NCBI RefSeq assembly: GCF_006345805.1
Contig: NC_043009.1
Location: 16,430,001-16,494,000 of the forward strand
Source of the DNA: Octopus sinensis
Lineage: Eukaryota
Direction: 5' to 3'
Length of the DNA stretch: 64,000 bases
The position numbers and the translations under genes were made by a program. Shown here piece by piece: positions 38,500 to 51,015 of the stretch. The notes beneath the pieces were generated by a model that had not been told where the DNA came from, made no database searches, and saw only the letters and a program-made list of their open reading frames with translations. The first letter of the stretch is position 1; each line of letters begins with the position of its first letter.

Positions 38500-41400
38500 A
38501 TCCTGATCGGGAAAACATGCACTGAAAATCAGAATGCAATTACCAGTCTCTGATTGACCCGTTTAAGCATTGATATCGCTGTCTTGCGTGAAACTTTCAG
38601 GTGTATGGAAGCTTGTAGATTCTGGTTACTTTTGCTTGGAAAGAGAAAGGTGAGAAAAGATCCAAGCAAATTGGTTTTACTGTTAAGACCAAGGTCATTT
38701 TAAGGCAATCAATTAAGTTTGACTGCTGCCAACTCAACAACTTACAATTCTACCATTATACCAATGCAACTTCATTGCACTCCTCTCACCAGTTGATTCA
38801 ACATTTGACATAGGTGAAGATATGGAAATCAATTTTACTACCGAGAGACCCCGTTTGAACGTTCCTAGGAAAGACGAACTTCTGCTCTTAGGAGATTTCA
38901 ACACATGAGTAGGAAGAGACAACCGGTTGGTGGACAATGTCATTAGTAAAGAAGGCATTGTGAACATTAGTTGCAAGGGGCTTCTTCTTGACTTCTGTTC
39001 GGAACATTCTCTTTTCTTCACCAGCACTCAACTCTCCAAACTTTTAAAGCCCATGGAAGCATCTACGTTCTAGACATTATTGTCTTCTGGACAAGACAAA
39101 AGGATATTCTCTGACAAGACAAAAGGATATTCTCATCACTAAGAATAGTTCCCAGTGCTGATGAATGTTGGACAGACCTGAATAAATCAGAAAAATGAAT
39201 GCTCGAAGAGAACATATCTCAATGCTTAAAAACCCTGTCATCAGAGCCAAATTCCAAACAACTATTTGCCTAAAGTTGAGGTCTCCAATTTCACTGCCAT
39301 TGTTCTCTTGATTCTTGATGAAGAATGGTCATCAGTTCCAAATATCACAGAGCAGGAAATGTCACTGGTTTCACCAAAAAGAAAATCCAAGTTTGGTTGA
39401 ATGACAACAGATATCAAATCAACAAGTTTACCAAGTGAAAGCGAGCTAATTGGATCTCACACAAGCAAGACACAAGACCAACACCTAAAATGATTTGTTA
39501 TCAAAACCTCAAATACAAATGTCAAACATAAGCAATTACAGTGCATTTGGTAGCAACTAAAAGTATTAGAATTTCAAAACTATGCATATGCCGAGATCTT
39601 ACAAGCTTCATCACTGGAATGAAGAATATGTTTGGCCCAGTAGAAACATCAATGGGCAGCGTTTTAGCAGCAGACAACACCAATATCCTGACGGATCCAC
39701 AAGATAACCGCGAGCGCAGAAAAAACATTTTCTTCACTGCTGAAACGGAAATCAATAGTGGAAGATTGAGAAATGAGAAATGCCATCATCATCTCGAATA
39801 GCTGTGGATGAATGGAATGTACAGTCATCATTTCGATAGTTTGAAAATGCCATGAATCATTTTAAACGACGAAAATCCCTTGGACCAGACAAGATCCCCT
39901 TTGCTGAAAGAATTACTAAAACTTGGGAGACCATAACTTAAAACTATCCTTTTCTCTCTGGTTCTGAAAATATGGAAAGACTATCGAGTTCCAAGAATTT
40001 AAACATGCAGTTATAATCAGAATTTTCGAGAAAGAAGGTTGTAAATCTAATAGAAATTCTCTCAGAATATCATTCCTATACACTGCAGAAAAAACATTTG
40101 CAAAACACCTTCTAAAACATCTGTTCACATCGGAGAAAGTTCTTCCTAAATCTCAATGCAGGTTTTGTTCCTCTCATGACATAACTGACATGATTTGTGT
40201 ACAATACAACTGCAGGAGAAAACAAAAACAACTCTTCTCTGTCTTCTAAGAGCTAGAAAAAACTTTTGACCCTGTACTAAGTGAGTCGATATGAATGGTT
40301 CTTCAAGGTTTTTGCTGCGCAAGCCTTCCTCACTGGTTCAAGCACTGCCTGATAGTAAGTCAGATTGTGTTTTCCAGCGAAAAAAACCTTCTAAACAATT
40401 CCTTATTAACTGTGGATTAAAGTAGAATTGCACTCTTCCGTTTATACTCTTTTGTTTGTGATTCTCTTCCCCTTTTATCTGTGATTTCCTTTGAACTACC
40501 CCTAAGCACTCCAAATGTTGACATCAAACACCTTTTTTGGCAGTGGACTATTTAACAGAGCTATATTTTGATCTCGTTGACTTGCCAACATCCAACACAT
40601 CTCAGAATTCCAATGTATGACAATGCTACTCTCGGCCACACACAAAACTTCAGAGAACAATCAGCAACTTCACCAGCTCATATGATTGTTTGAGCCTCAG
40701 TGAATATCAACAACACTAAAATTCTCGGTAACCTGCTTCGAAGATCAACCTTAATGATTTTAACATCATCGTCTCTGATAATCTGTAGAGTGTAGCCATT
40801 TTCAAAGAGTAGCGCCAATTTGCAGTAGCTGGCAATATGACGTAATGTCGTATTGCCGAAGAAATATGATTGTCGTTTTCCCATTGATTGAAATAACTGC
40901 TCAAATAGGAATTCTAAAAATTAGTTAGAGAATATTTTTATGTGATTTCTATTCTTTAAAGTCAAGTTGAGCAGTTATAAAAACCCTGGATTTTGGGGAA
41001 AACTTTAGTGTTTGTGGGATGTAACTAAACTCCACTACACTCACTCCTTTGAGACATTGGTTATTTTTTTATGCCATGTCCATGAAAAATCCAACAAGAC
41101 TTGTTTGAATTGTTAAGATCTATAATGGTTAGAATGAGGAATTAGCGTAAATTTTAAGTCGTAATTCTCTACGACAAAATTACTTTACTTCAAATTGTAT
41201 TATAAATATCAAAAATTCTATAAGTACATAGCGGTTAAAAGAACACGAAATTATTTATATTCAACATACATGCATGCTTAATGTCCATTAGCGTTTCAGA
41301 AAATATATTTCTCGTTATGGCGTTTATGTAGCTGGAGTCAGGATTTACGTATAATGAAAACACTTATAAGTAAGTTATAAGTGACGGTTTTATCATTATA

Positions 41401-41960
41401 TATCCCTACTTAAAAAGCCAAATATATTTATCTATTTCCAAATAGGAAACATAATAAAGTAGGGTTACACTGACAGTAAACAAACCAACCAGAAAATATC
41501 CGCTATATAATAAAATGGGCGTCCGCTATACATCTCACGGTAAGTTGACCACTTTCCCTATCTTAAAAGTATCCTTTCCAAGAAGTATAGTTCCGAAAGG
41601 GATGTAGAACACAGAATTGGATCAGCATTTGTAAAATTTGCAAAGGAGCCTTTTTAAACAAACATATAACTTTAACAGATCAAGCAGTCGTCCTTTCAAC
41701 CTTATTAAACGACTGTGAAACATAAATTGTAGGGTTGTCAAAGAGCTGGAGTGTTTCAATCAAACGTTTTGTGCCATTCTAAACATCATACAGGAAAACA
41801 ACATAACCAGTGGTGCGGACTTTAAAAAGGCCAACAGTCAAAGAATGGAATCATCTATGCTGAAATACCAGCTACGGTGGTTAGAACATGTGGTTACATA
41901 AAAAGAGGAGAGATTTTCTCATCAAATTCCCTTCAGTGAATAAATCACCAAGGAAAAAAA
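38500..41960 (+). mobile_element. Heavily decayed RTE/BovB-like LINE with an unrelated insert at ~40910-41550
   Basis: DELLLLGDFN (38875), KSLGPDKIP (39875), LPKSQCRF...TDMI (40140), KTFD (40260), DVEHRIGSAF (41600), YQLRWLEHV (41866). Confidence 0.75.
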
Positions 41961-42134
41961 TTACAAGAATGTCCTTTCCGCCATTACAAGACCACATAAA
42001 GTGAATTATCAAAATAGCTAGAATTGAGGCAAAAACGTAGGAAACTAAAACCCAGCTTGACTGCAACTGGCATTTCTCTAAAACCACCATTGTATGTGTG
42101 CGTGTGAGCATGTGTGCATTCTATTAAATAGATA

Positions 42135-42470
42135 TGTTTCTTTATTAGCCACACAGGGCTGCACACAGATAGAACAAATTACAAGGTAGAGCTTTTCTTT
42201 TGAAGGTTTAAAAAAAAAGAAAAAAAAAAGGAAGGGGGAGTTTCGATCAAAAGGGATCGTAAAAGGAGAGAAAGAGGAAAAAAAAAGGGGGGGGGGTTAA
42301 AAAAAAGGGGGGGAGAAAAAAATTGATCAATAGGGATCGTTATCACAGAAATGTCAATATGAAGTGTAAAGGGGAGGACAGGTGAGGTTTACCCGTGGAA
42401 AGAAAAGCCTACGGAAAAGACCACGGTAACCTCGGTCAATGGAGTCACATGTTATATTTCTTTTTTTTTT
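42135..42470 (-). mobile_element. Probable 3' UTR fragment of a Tx1/L1-type LINE
   Basis: Minus strand ends TCTGTGTGCAGCCCTGTGTGGCTAATAAAGAAA, similar to the SINE B tail and the LINE end at 3972; pyrimidine-rich UTR. Confidence 0.55.
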
Positions 42471-42489
42471 TGCGAATAAGCAAAGATAG

Positions 42490-42569
<80 letters not shown>

Positions 42570-42602
42570 GTAGGTAGGTAGGTAGGTAGGTAGGTAGGTA
42601 GG

Positions 42603-42661
<59 letters not shown>

Positions 42662-42698
42662 GTAGGTAGGTAGGTAGGTAGGTAGGTAGGTAGGTAGG

Positions 42699-42811
<113 letters not shown>

Positions 42812-42897
42812 GGACGGACGGACGGACGGGCAGACAATGTATATACACATATGAAAATATACATGAATTTATGAATACATATAAAAAGAAATTATCA

Positions 42898-43744
42898 GGT
42901 ATGCTCCCACTTTCAGTGTTTTCAAATCCAAACCAGGGAGTTCTGAGCTGATGATAGAAGTGTCGTGTTGACTAATCTTGAAACGTACGTTCTCAAATAA
43001 CCTTTGCACTTGATTTTTTAATGTCACTACCCCCATATTTGCGTGAGTTGAATTGAGCAAACACTATATGAGAGAGGTTTTCTTTAAGTATTAGAAATAG
43101 TTTTAAAAAAGTTTTTTTAGCTGCTATTTCTAATGAGTTCAGTATGCGGCAAAGTAATTTATTTTACTAAGCCCTTTTATATAATGTAATAATTTGAATT
43201 CGCCTTAAATGGTCCCTTTGCATACTGAATACTTGGTGAAATTGATTAATTAATTAATTTTACCCTCAATTGTTGAAATTATAATTCATCTCTCTCTATA
43301 TATAATGCCGCGGATTTTACCGAAAAAAGCATAGTGTTTACTGATTTTAACCCACGCTGGTGGAAAGGGGAGAGCAGAAATTCTTCGCTTGCATTTTTGA
43401 GTTTGTTGGCACTGTTAGTTACGAGCAGATCTTCGGAAGCGAGAGGAAGCCGAGAGGGTATGCTCCCACTTTCAGTGTTTTCAAATCAAAACCAGGGAGT
43501 TCTGAGCTGATGATAGAAGTGTCTTGTTGACTAATCTTGAAACGTACGTTCTCAAATAACCTTTGCACTTGATTTTTTAATGTCTCTACCCCCATATTTG
43601 CGTGAGTTGAATTGAGCAAACACTATATGAGAGAGGTTTTCTTTAAGTATTAGAAATAGTTTAAAAAAAGTTTTTTTAGCTGCTATTTCTAATGAGTTCA
43701 GTATGCGGCAAAGTAATTTATTTTACTAAGCCCTTTTATATAAT

Positions 43745-43746
<2 letters not shown>
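42898..43746 (+). repeat. 290-bp direct repeats (42898-43187, 43457-43746; period 559), each with a hammerhead motif
   Basis: About 4 substitutions between copies; TGAG CTGATGA TAGA...TCTT GAAAC GTAC GTT CTCA with cores at 42948 and 43507. Confidence 0.9.
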
Positions 43747-43784
<38 letters not shown>

Positions 43785-43786
<2 letters not shown>

Positions 43787-44157
43787 TTTACTCTTTTACT
43801 CTTTTACTTGTTTCAGTCATTTGACTGCGGCCATACTGGAGCACCGCCTTTAGTCGAGCAAATCGACCCCGGGACTTATTCTTTGTAAGCCTAGTACTTA
43901 TTCTATCGGTCTCTTTTGCCGAACCGCTAAGTGACGGGGGACGTAAACACTCCAGTATCGGTTGTCAAGCAATGCTAGGGGGGACAAAGACAGACACACA
44001 AACATATACACACACATACATATATATGTACATATATACGACAGGCTTCTTTCAGTTTCCGTCTACCAAATCCACTCACAAGGCATTGGTCGGCCCGAGG
44101 CTATAGCAGAGGACACTTGCCCAAGATGCCACGCAGTGGGACTGAACTCGGAACCAT
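43785..44157 (-). mobile_element. SINE family A, 5' end clipped
   Basis: Near-identical to 12486-12905. Confidence 0.92.
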
Positions 44158-44159
44158 TG

Positions 44160-44873
44160 AAACGACATACTGTATTGCTTGGCATTCGCAACGGAAGCTC
44201 CAATACAATCATTTCAGAATGTTTGTATGTTCAGTCTGAGGACAGTGCAGAGGATTCGGAAAGAGTTGGATTAAACATCCAGTCAACATCCTGGTGCTTA
44301 GAGTGATCACTACTGATGACGACGTTATGCTTCCATTCATCTTCCCACATAGCCACAGACTCGACACATGAGGCCTACATCGAGTGCCTGGAGGAGGTAG
44401 TGCTGCCCTGGGTCAAGAGGGTGGCTGCTGGAAGAGCGTATGTCTGGCAGCAGGACCCTGCACCATGCCACACTACCAGGAGGACCCCGTCATGACTGTC
44501 AGATAATTTCTGCGACCACACCAACCCTAATATCTGGCCACCTAACTCCCCAGACTGTAACTCCCTTAATTATTATGCGTGGGGCCCAGTTAAGCGAGAG
44601 ACCAACAAAATTCCTTGTAACACCAAGGATGAATTGAAGGCAAAGATTATAGCAGCATTCACCGACTTAAGTAAAGAGACCATCCAGAAGAGTTGCAGGA
44701 GATTCCGAAGCCGACTGGAGGGTGTAGTTGAAGACAATGGCGATTTTATTAAATAAATTTACTGTTTAGTATTTCAAGATATTTTTATGTAATTCTGGTA
44801 AATATATGTTAAAATGAGATGTCAGTGTTTCAGTTTTGCGAAATTGAGACGACAATTTATTCACCGCACCTTG
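44160..44873 (+). mobile_element. Deleted DD37D (maT-like) Tc1/mariner transposon
   Basis: WQQDPAPCHT...IWPPNSPDCNSLNYY: 37 codons separate the QQD Asp from the third catalytic position (now Asn); TIR-like end ACAATTTATTCACCGCACCTTG. Confidence 0.8.
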
Positions 44874-44879
44874 TGTGTG

Positions 44880-44945
<66 letters not shown>

Positions 44946-45187
44946 AATTAACAATTGAGGATAAAATCTTTAAAAGAAATTATCAGTAGTCAGCGTGAAA
45001 AACCTCGTAAGAGAAAAAATCCGTAAATTCTTCCTCTTTGAAAATATTCATTTATATTATATTGAGGGTACTACTATTCATAGATACCAACACGCTAAGA
45101 GGGACCAATGCGGTCAAAACTACTAAAAATAAACAAAATTTTACCGAATGCAAAACTTCAAAACACATCATTTTAAAAAAGAATTCA

Positions 45188-45251
45188 GTTACATATCACA
45201 TGTGATTTCGCATTTAATGCAGAATATGCATTTCATGTTCGTCAGTGCAAC
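45188..45251 (-). ncRNA. Type I hammerhead ribozyme motif
   Basis: Minus strand GTTGCA CTGACGA A CAT ga AATGCA tattc TGCATT aa ATG C GAAA TCAC AT GTGA TA TGTAAC; all three stems form. Confidence 0.8.
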
Positions 45252-45439
45252 AAACTCAAGAAATATAAGAGAAAACATAACATTACAAACTCGATAGCCA
45301 ACCGTAGAATTCGTCGCAGCATGTACGAATGTTTATCTTTACATATCTATGAAAATGGCGGGCTTTTTCGCAATGCATTTCGGTAACAGATTACCTAGTC
45401 GGAATAAAAATTCAGTATTGAACTATTCCGGTGAAAAAT

Positions 45440-45521
<82 letters not shown>

Positions 45522-45524
45522 TAT

Positions 45525-45690
45525 ACACGACAGGTTTCTTTCAGTTTTCCGTCTACCGAATCCACTCACAAGGCTTTGGTCTGCCCGAGGTTATAGAAGA
45601 TACTTGCTCAAGGTGCCACACAGTGGGAATGAATCCGGAACCATGTAGTTGGGAAGCAAGCTCCTTACCCCAGTGCCACGCCTGTGCCTA
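45525..45690 (-). mobile_element. SINE family A head, head-to-head with 45744-46140
   Basis: Matches the family A head; separated from the next copy by (GT)n. Confidence 0.85.
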
Positions 45691-45695
45691 TATAA

Positions 45696-45743
<48 letters not shown>

Positions 45744-45745
<2 letters not shown>

Positions 45746-46140
45746 GCGTAGTTGTGGCTGTGTGGTAAGTGGCTTGCTTACCAACCACATGGTGCCGAGT
45801 TCACTGCGTGGCACCTTGGGCAAGTGTCTTCTACTATAGCCTCGGGCCGATCAAAGCCTTGAGAGTAGATTTGGTAGACGGAAACTGGAAGAAGCCCGTC
45901 GTATATGTATATATATGTATCTGTGTGTATATATTTGTGTGTCTGTGTTTGTCCTGCCAACATCGCTTGACAACCGATGCTAGTGTGTTTACGTCCCCGT
46001 AACTTAGCGGTTCGGCAAAAGAGAGTGATAGAATAAGTACTAGGCTTACAAAGAATAAGCTCTGGGTCGATTAGCTCGATTAAAGGCGGTGCTCCAGCAT
46101 GGTCGCAGTCAAATAACTTAAACAAGTAAAAGAGTAAGAG
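45744..46140 (+). mobile_element. SINE family A, full length
   Basis: Head and tail match 26897-27317. Confidence 0.92.
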
Positions 46141-46151
46141 TATATATATAT

Positions 46152-46512
46152 ATCCGCTCAGTCGAAGTCGACTCTCGGTCACTCGTTGGATCAGTGTCCT
46201 CCAGTCAGTTCTATCCTGGGCCGCTTCCTTCAGACTGGCCATGTCCATTCCGGAATCCCTCTTGATGGTGTCAAGCCAGCGGGTTCTTAGTCGGCCTCTT
46301 CCTCTCTTGCCACTGACCATTCCGAGCATGATGTCCTTCTCCAGGGATTTTCTCCGCATAATATCACCGAAATATGCCAATCTATGCTTGGTGATCCTAG
46401 CTTCTAGCAACATTTTCGCCCTGATTTGCTTAAGAACTTCTCCATTGGTGAGCCTCGCTGTCCATGGAATCCATAAAAGTGCTCTCCATCACCAAAGCTC
46501 GAATGCATTAAT
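46152..46512 (-). mobile_element. 3' end of an RTE-clade LINE
   Basis: ARITKHRLAYFGDIMRRKSLEKDIMLGMVSGKRGRGRLRTRWLDTIK, followed by the tail GAGAGTCGACTTCGACTGAGCG. Confidence 0.88.
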
Positions 46513-46515
46513 TCA

Positions 46516-46887
46516 TCTATATATATATAAACGGCAAAATGTCGGTGTGTGTGTGTGTGTATCCTTTATACAAATCCACAATTTTTCAGTTAGAGGGCTC
46601 GCACTTTCTATAGTCATTCAAAACCGTCCAAGGGTGGTCATGCACATCTTTACATTTCCCCAGTTACCCCGCAAAGCCATTAAAAAATCAATAAAATTTA
46701 CTTTTTTGTGAATTTTCTATCCAAAACCCAATCAAAATGCCCAAAACTTGATACGCCAATTGAATGCCAGCTAGCTGTATGTGATTGGTCGGAGATTTGG
46801 ACAGTACTCGAGTGTGTGTGCGTACGCACGCAGCTGTATATGCATGCACTAGCACTATAACCCGGCAACTCCGGGTCATAGTGCTAG
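46516..46887 (+). mobile_element. Non-autonomous Helitron
   Basis: A|TCTATAT..AAACGGCA start (similar to the end at 12351), CCCGGCAACTCCGGG hairpin, CTAG|T end. Confidence 0.85.
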
Positions 46888-47198
46888 TAAGTGAATGATT
46901 ATGTAGATATTATTATTGTTAATATTATCTACGGTAAATAAAAATAGTTGATAACAAAAACAACAATAATATAGATGGTTGCAGGCCTTAAATAGCATTA
47001 GATAGCATAAACATTTATATTTATCATAGGAGCGCACAAGGAGCCTACCTGCTAGAAAGAGGAGCTAAAATTCTCGGTTGAGCAACCAATAACACTGAAA
47101 AACATTCAACAGAAAAACAACAATAGTCGGGCGAACGGGTTAAAGTATTTTAACATACCAAGACAGCTCAATGCTATATATTTTGGTATTTGGATACA

Positions 47199-47250
47199 CT
47201 TATATCATGATTTCGAGTTCTGCCGAAAAGCCTTAACTTTCGTCAGCAAG
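47199..47250 (-). ncRNA. Type I hammerhead motif in the inverted pseudo-LTR
   Basis: Minus strand CTTG CTGACGA A AGTT...AACT C GAAA TCATGA TA TAAG. Confidence 0.7.
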
Positions 47251-49911
47251 ATTTACCAAGTGAAAAAACATTTCACCTCGTCACGTTGAAGTTTACCGGC
47301 ATTATGAATTTACAGCTTCAGTGTAAATATACTAATAAAAAGTAAATATTCAGTAGTGAATAATTATATAGATATTATTGTTGTTATAATTATCTGCAGT
47401 AAATATAAATAGTTCATAATAATAAGGCCTGCAACCACCAATATTATTGTTGTTGTTATATACTCGTAGGGATTATATCTTTTATATAACTTGTATGACG
47501 AACTTCCTGAAATTAGGGACGGGTTATGTAGGAACAATGCTCTTTTTGTCATCTAAAATACATCTAACAGAAAATTGAAATTATATAAGAAAATATTCTA
47601 TAAGTTTTTTAAAAGATATGGACTCTCTATTTCTGTTGAAAAAGATAATTACTCAGTAAACTTTTTGGATGTTAATTTTGACCTTGTAACTGGTAAGCTT
47701 GAACCTGTCCACAAATCTAATATGAACTTAAGCTACATTAATTTCCTAAGTTATCACCCAAGTTCAATTAAAAACATTCTAATTTCTAATGTAGGGAAAA
47801 GAATATCCTATTTATCATCTAATGAAGGGATTTTTATGAAACATGCAGATTATTATAATATAGCTCTAGCTAAAGCAGGATATAGAGATAAGATAAAGTA
47901 CCATCGACCCGCTGATAAAAATATACATGATAGAATTTATTATACGACAAGGCTAGAAACTGGAAATAATAGTAATTCGATTAAAACTAAATCTATAAGT
48001 AGAATTAAAGAGAGAATTAAATAAAACAACTAATAATAAAGTAATAAGAAGTAATTATAATAAACTTGAAACAAATAAACATCAACTTAGAGATATAAAT
48101 CATAATATACAAAAACAAATATTAAATTACCTTATAAACCTATGATAAATAACACGTAATTTAAAAATAATTATAAATATTCTTATAGTGACAAATACGT
48201 AAATAATAAATCAGAAAAAAATTAATCTGTAATTAACTTGAATACTTATCTCTTGGTAATTCTTATGATATTAGTAATAGCAAAAATATACTATATTTTG
48301 CTAAATCGAAAAAATATACTATATTTTGCTAAATCGAAAATGGATTATAAATACAATAAAAGCAATGCTGAGGAATCTAATATTTGGTTTATTATTCCCT
48401 ATGCAATGTAAATTAAAAATAATTTAATTAAATTTATATACAGGTCTATTTATAATCATTTAAATAAAGATAATAAATATAGTGAAATTATTAATTATAG
48501 ATATTTTAGAGTTGGTTATAGTTTAACTCGTAATCTGTTCAGAATTATATCACCTTTTAATAACAAAAATTGAATAATTTCTACAGTAATAGAAATATTA
48601 TACGTAATAATTCTTCACAACCCAATATGACTTCTCAAACTTTAATAATAACGTTAACGGTCATACATACCTTACTGATAGAAGGGAAATAATCCATATA
48701 ATCCCCTTCTTAGCCATACTTCAAACAAATCTAAACTTAGGGATGTAAACAAAACCTGCGACTGTAAAGTTAAAATTAATTGTAAATTTTAAAATTTATG
48801 TAAGAAAGATAACTTAGTTTATCAATGTATTATAGAATCACAGGGAAAGAAATTGTAGAACTCTAATGGACTATGTAAGTTTATATGGGGATTGAAGGAT
48901 TAAACATTGAATTTAATCTATGGTGGAAAATTGCTAGTTTTACTAAATCATACAGAATCTCAAATAAACGCTGTGAGTTGTGCACTAAGGAGGCCTGCCG
49001 AATTCTTACATCTAAGAACCATCTCCTCAACTCAAGAAATGAAAAGTTTGATCTTGTATTCATTCCGCAAAATATGTTTTTACTAAATTTAATTAAACTA
49101 TAAACTTATAGAGTAATATAAAATTATATAATATAAGATTCATATATCTTCTATAGTTACAATATACTATAAATTTAATATCGTTTATTAGATAACATAA
49201 TAATTAAATAAATTATATTTAATAAGCATTTTACCTATTGATAAAACAGATTAAAATTAAATTAATATGCACCTTTTTATTGGAAGAATTTATTGGAAGT
49301 TTTGGTGATGTAATAAGCTTAATCTATATTCATACCTAACCGAATAATATTGAATATATCTCTCACAATACATAATAAATTCTAATTTATTCTCTGACAT
49401 TAATAAAAATTCTAAATACTAATTATTAATACATATTAATTAATAAATTGCGATATAACTTAATTCTTATGTATTAAAATTATTTCATAACTATTTCTAA
49501 AAGCACCAATTGTGATGACGTAATACGCTGGATTCTCTATCTATAGCTAATATAAACGACAATTCGACGTGTAGCGTCATCATAATTGACGTTTTCTTGG
49601 ATATAAGAAGCATGAATTTGATAGCAAGATTATACAGTAGCTTTTAATATAAATTAATATAGATTATAGATAATACTAATTAAATATAGATTATATCAAT
49701 ACTATTCATAATTTAATTTCAGAAATAGATTAATAAATAATCGGATATTTCTATTTGTAACTTCACAGTCAATATTATGAATATTAATGAATATATATAC
49801 ATACATGTACACACATACACAGATGGCATTACGTAAATAAAGTAGACCACAACACCAATTAAATTATGAATTAATTCAAACCAGATACTATAGAGTTTAA
49901 TGTTATAATGA

Positions 49912-49959
<48 letters not shown>

Positions 49960-50013
49960 GTATTTATGTATATACTTTTATATATGTATGTCTGTGTGTA
50001 CACGTGTATCTAC

Positions 50014-50090
<77 letters not shown>

Positions 50091-50154
50091 CCGGCGCGGG
50101 ACAATTCATAACGCCTCGGATTCCAACGAAGCAAGTTCGTTTTCCATACGGTGA

Positions 50155-50209
50155 TACTTGCTGAGGAGAATAAAGACCGTTGCTAGAATTCGAAACCATG
50201 ATCCAGGTA
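50155..50209 (+). ncRNA. Type I hammerhead motif in the downstream pseudo-LTR
   Basis: TACTTG CTGAGGA GAAT...ATTC GAAA CCATGA TC CAGGTA; one mismatch in stem III. Confidence 0.7.
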
Positions 50210-50499
50210 TATCCGATTCTTTATTCTACAGCTTTGAGCTGCGATGATTTTGTTAATCTCTATTCGCTTGCCCGATTTCTGTTGTGTATTTCAGTGTAAT
50301 TCGGTGGTTTAGTTGAGGATTTAGCTCCTCTTTCTAGCAAGTAGGTGCCTCATGTGCCCTCTATTATAAATATAAATTTTATTCTCTATTTTATATTTAA
50401 CGCTATTATTGCTTGCTACCAGTTTATTTCAATTGTTATTATTATCAATTATTTATATTCATTTGAATATTTACTCCTTATTCTTATATTCTTTTATTC

Positions 50500-50918
50500 T
50501 TTTATTTCTTTCAGTCATTTGACTGCGGCCATGCTGGAACGCTGCCTTTACTCGGACAAATCGACTCCATGACTTATTCTCTGTAAGCCTAGTACTTATT
50601 CTATCGGTTTCTTGAGGAACAGCTATACGGGAACGTAAATACACCAACATCAGTTGTCAACCGATGGTGGGGTAGAAACGCAGACACACAAACATACACA
50701 CACACACACGCACGCACGCACACACACAAACACACACACAAACACACACACAAACACACAAACACACACACACACACACACATATGTATATATATATATA
50801 TATAATTTAAATAATGAGGGAGATAAATTGAATATTAATTTAATTAATATCAATTTAAAACCAGTAGCCTAGCATACAAAAATCTGAAAAATCAGAGAAA
50901 ATTCTAATACATGTGTAT

Positions 50919-50972
<54 letters not shown>

Positions 50973-51015
50973 GGAACCATGTGGTTGGTAAGCAAGCTAC
51001 TTACCACACGGCCAC
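50500..51015 (-). mobile_element. SINE family A, decayed and interrupted by microsatellite/AT-rich sequence
   Basis: Tail part at 50500-50700 and head part at 50968-51015. Confidence 0.75.

Larger units (their letters stand above)
46935..50470 (+). mobile_element. Penelope-like element: RT-thumb/GIY-YIG remnant (47560-49100) between inverted pseudo-LTRs (46935-47310 and 50095-50470)
   Basis: VNFLDVNFDL..YINFLSYHPSSIK..VGKRISYLSSNE, TCDCK..CKKDNLVYQC and KRCELCTKE; flanks share CCTAC.TGCTAGAAAGAGGAGCTAAA in inverted orientation. Confidence 0.82.

Noticed and set aside
39088-39135. Short tandem duplication GACAAGACAAAAGGATATTCTC (a similar case at 48283-48340)
   Set aside because: Ordinary slippage duplication within dead elements.
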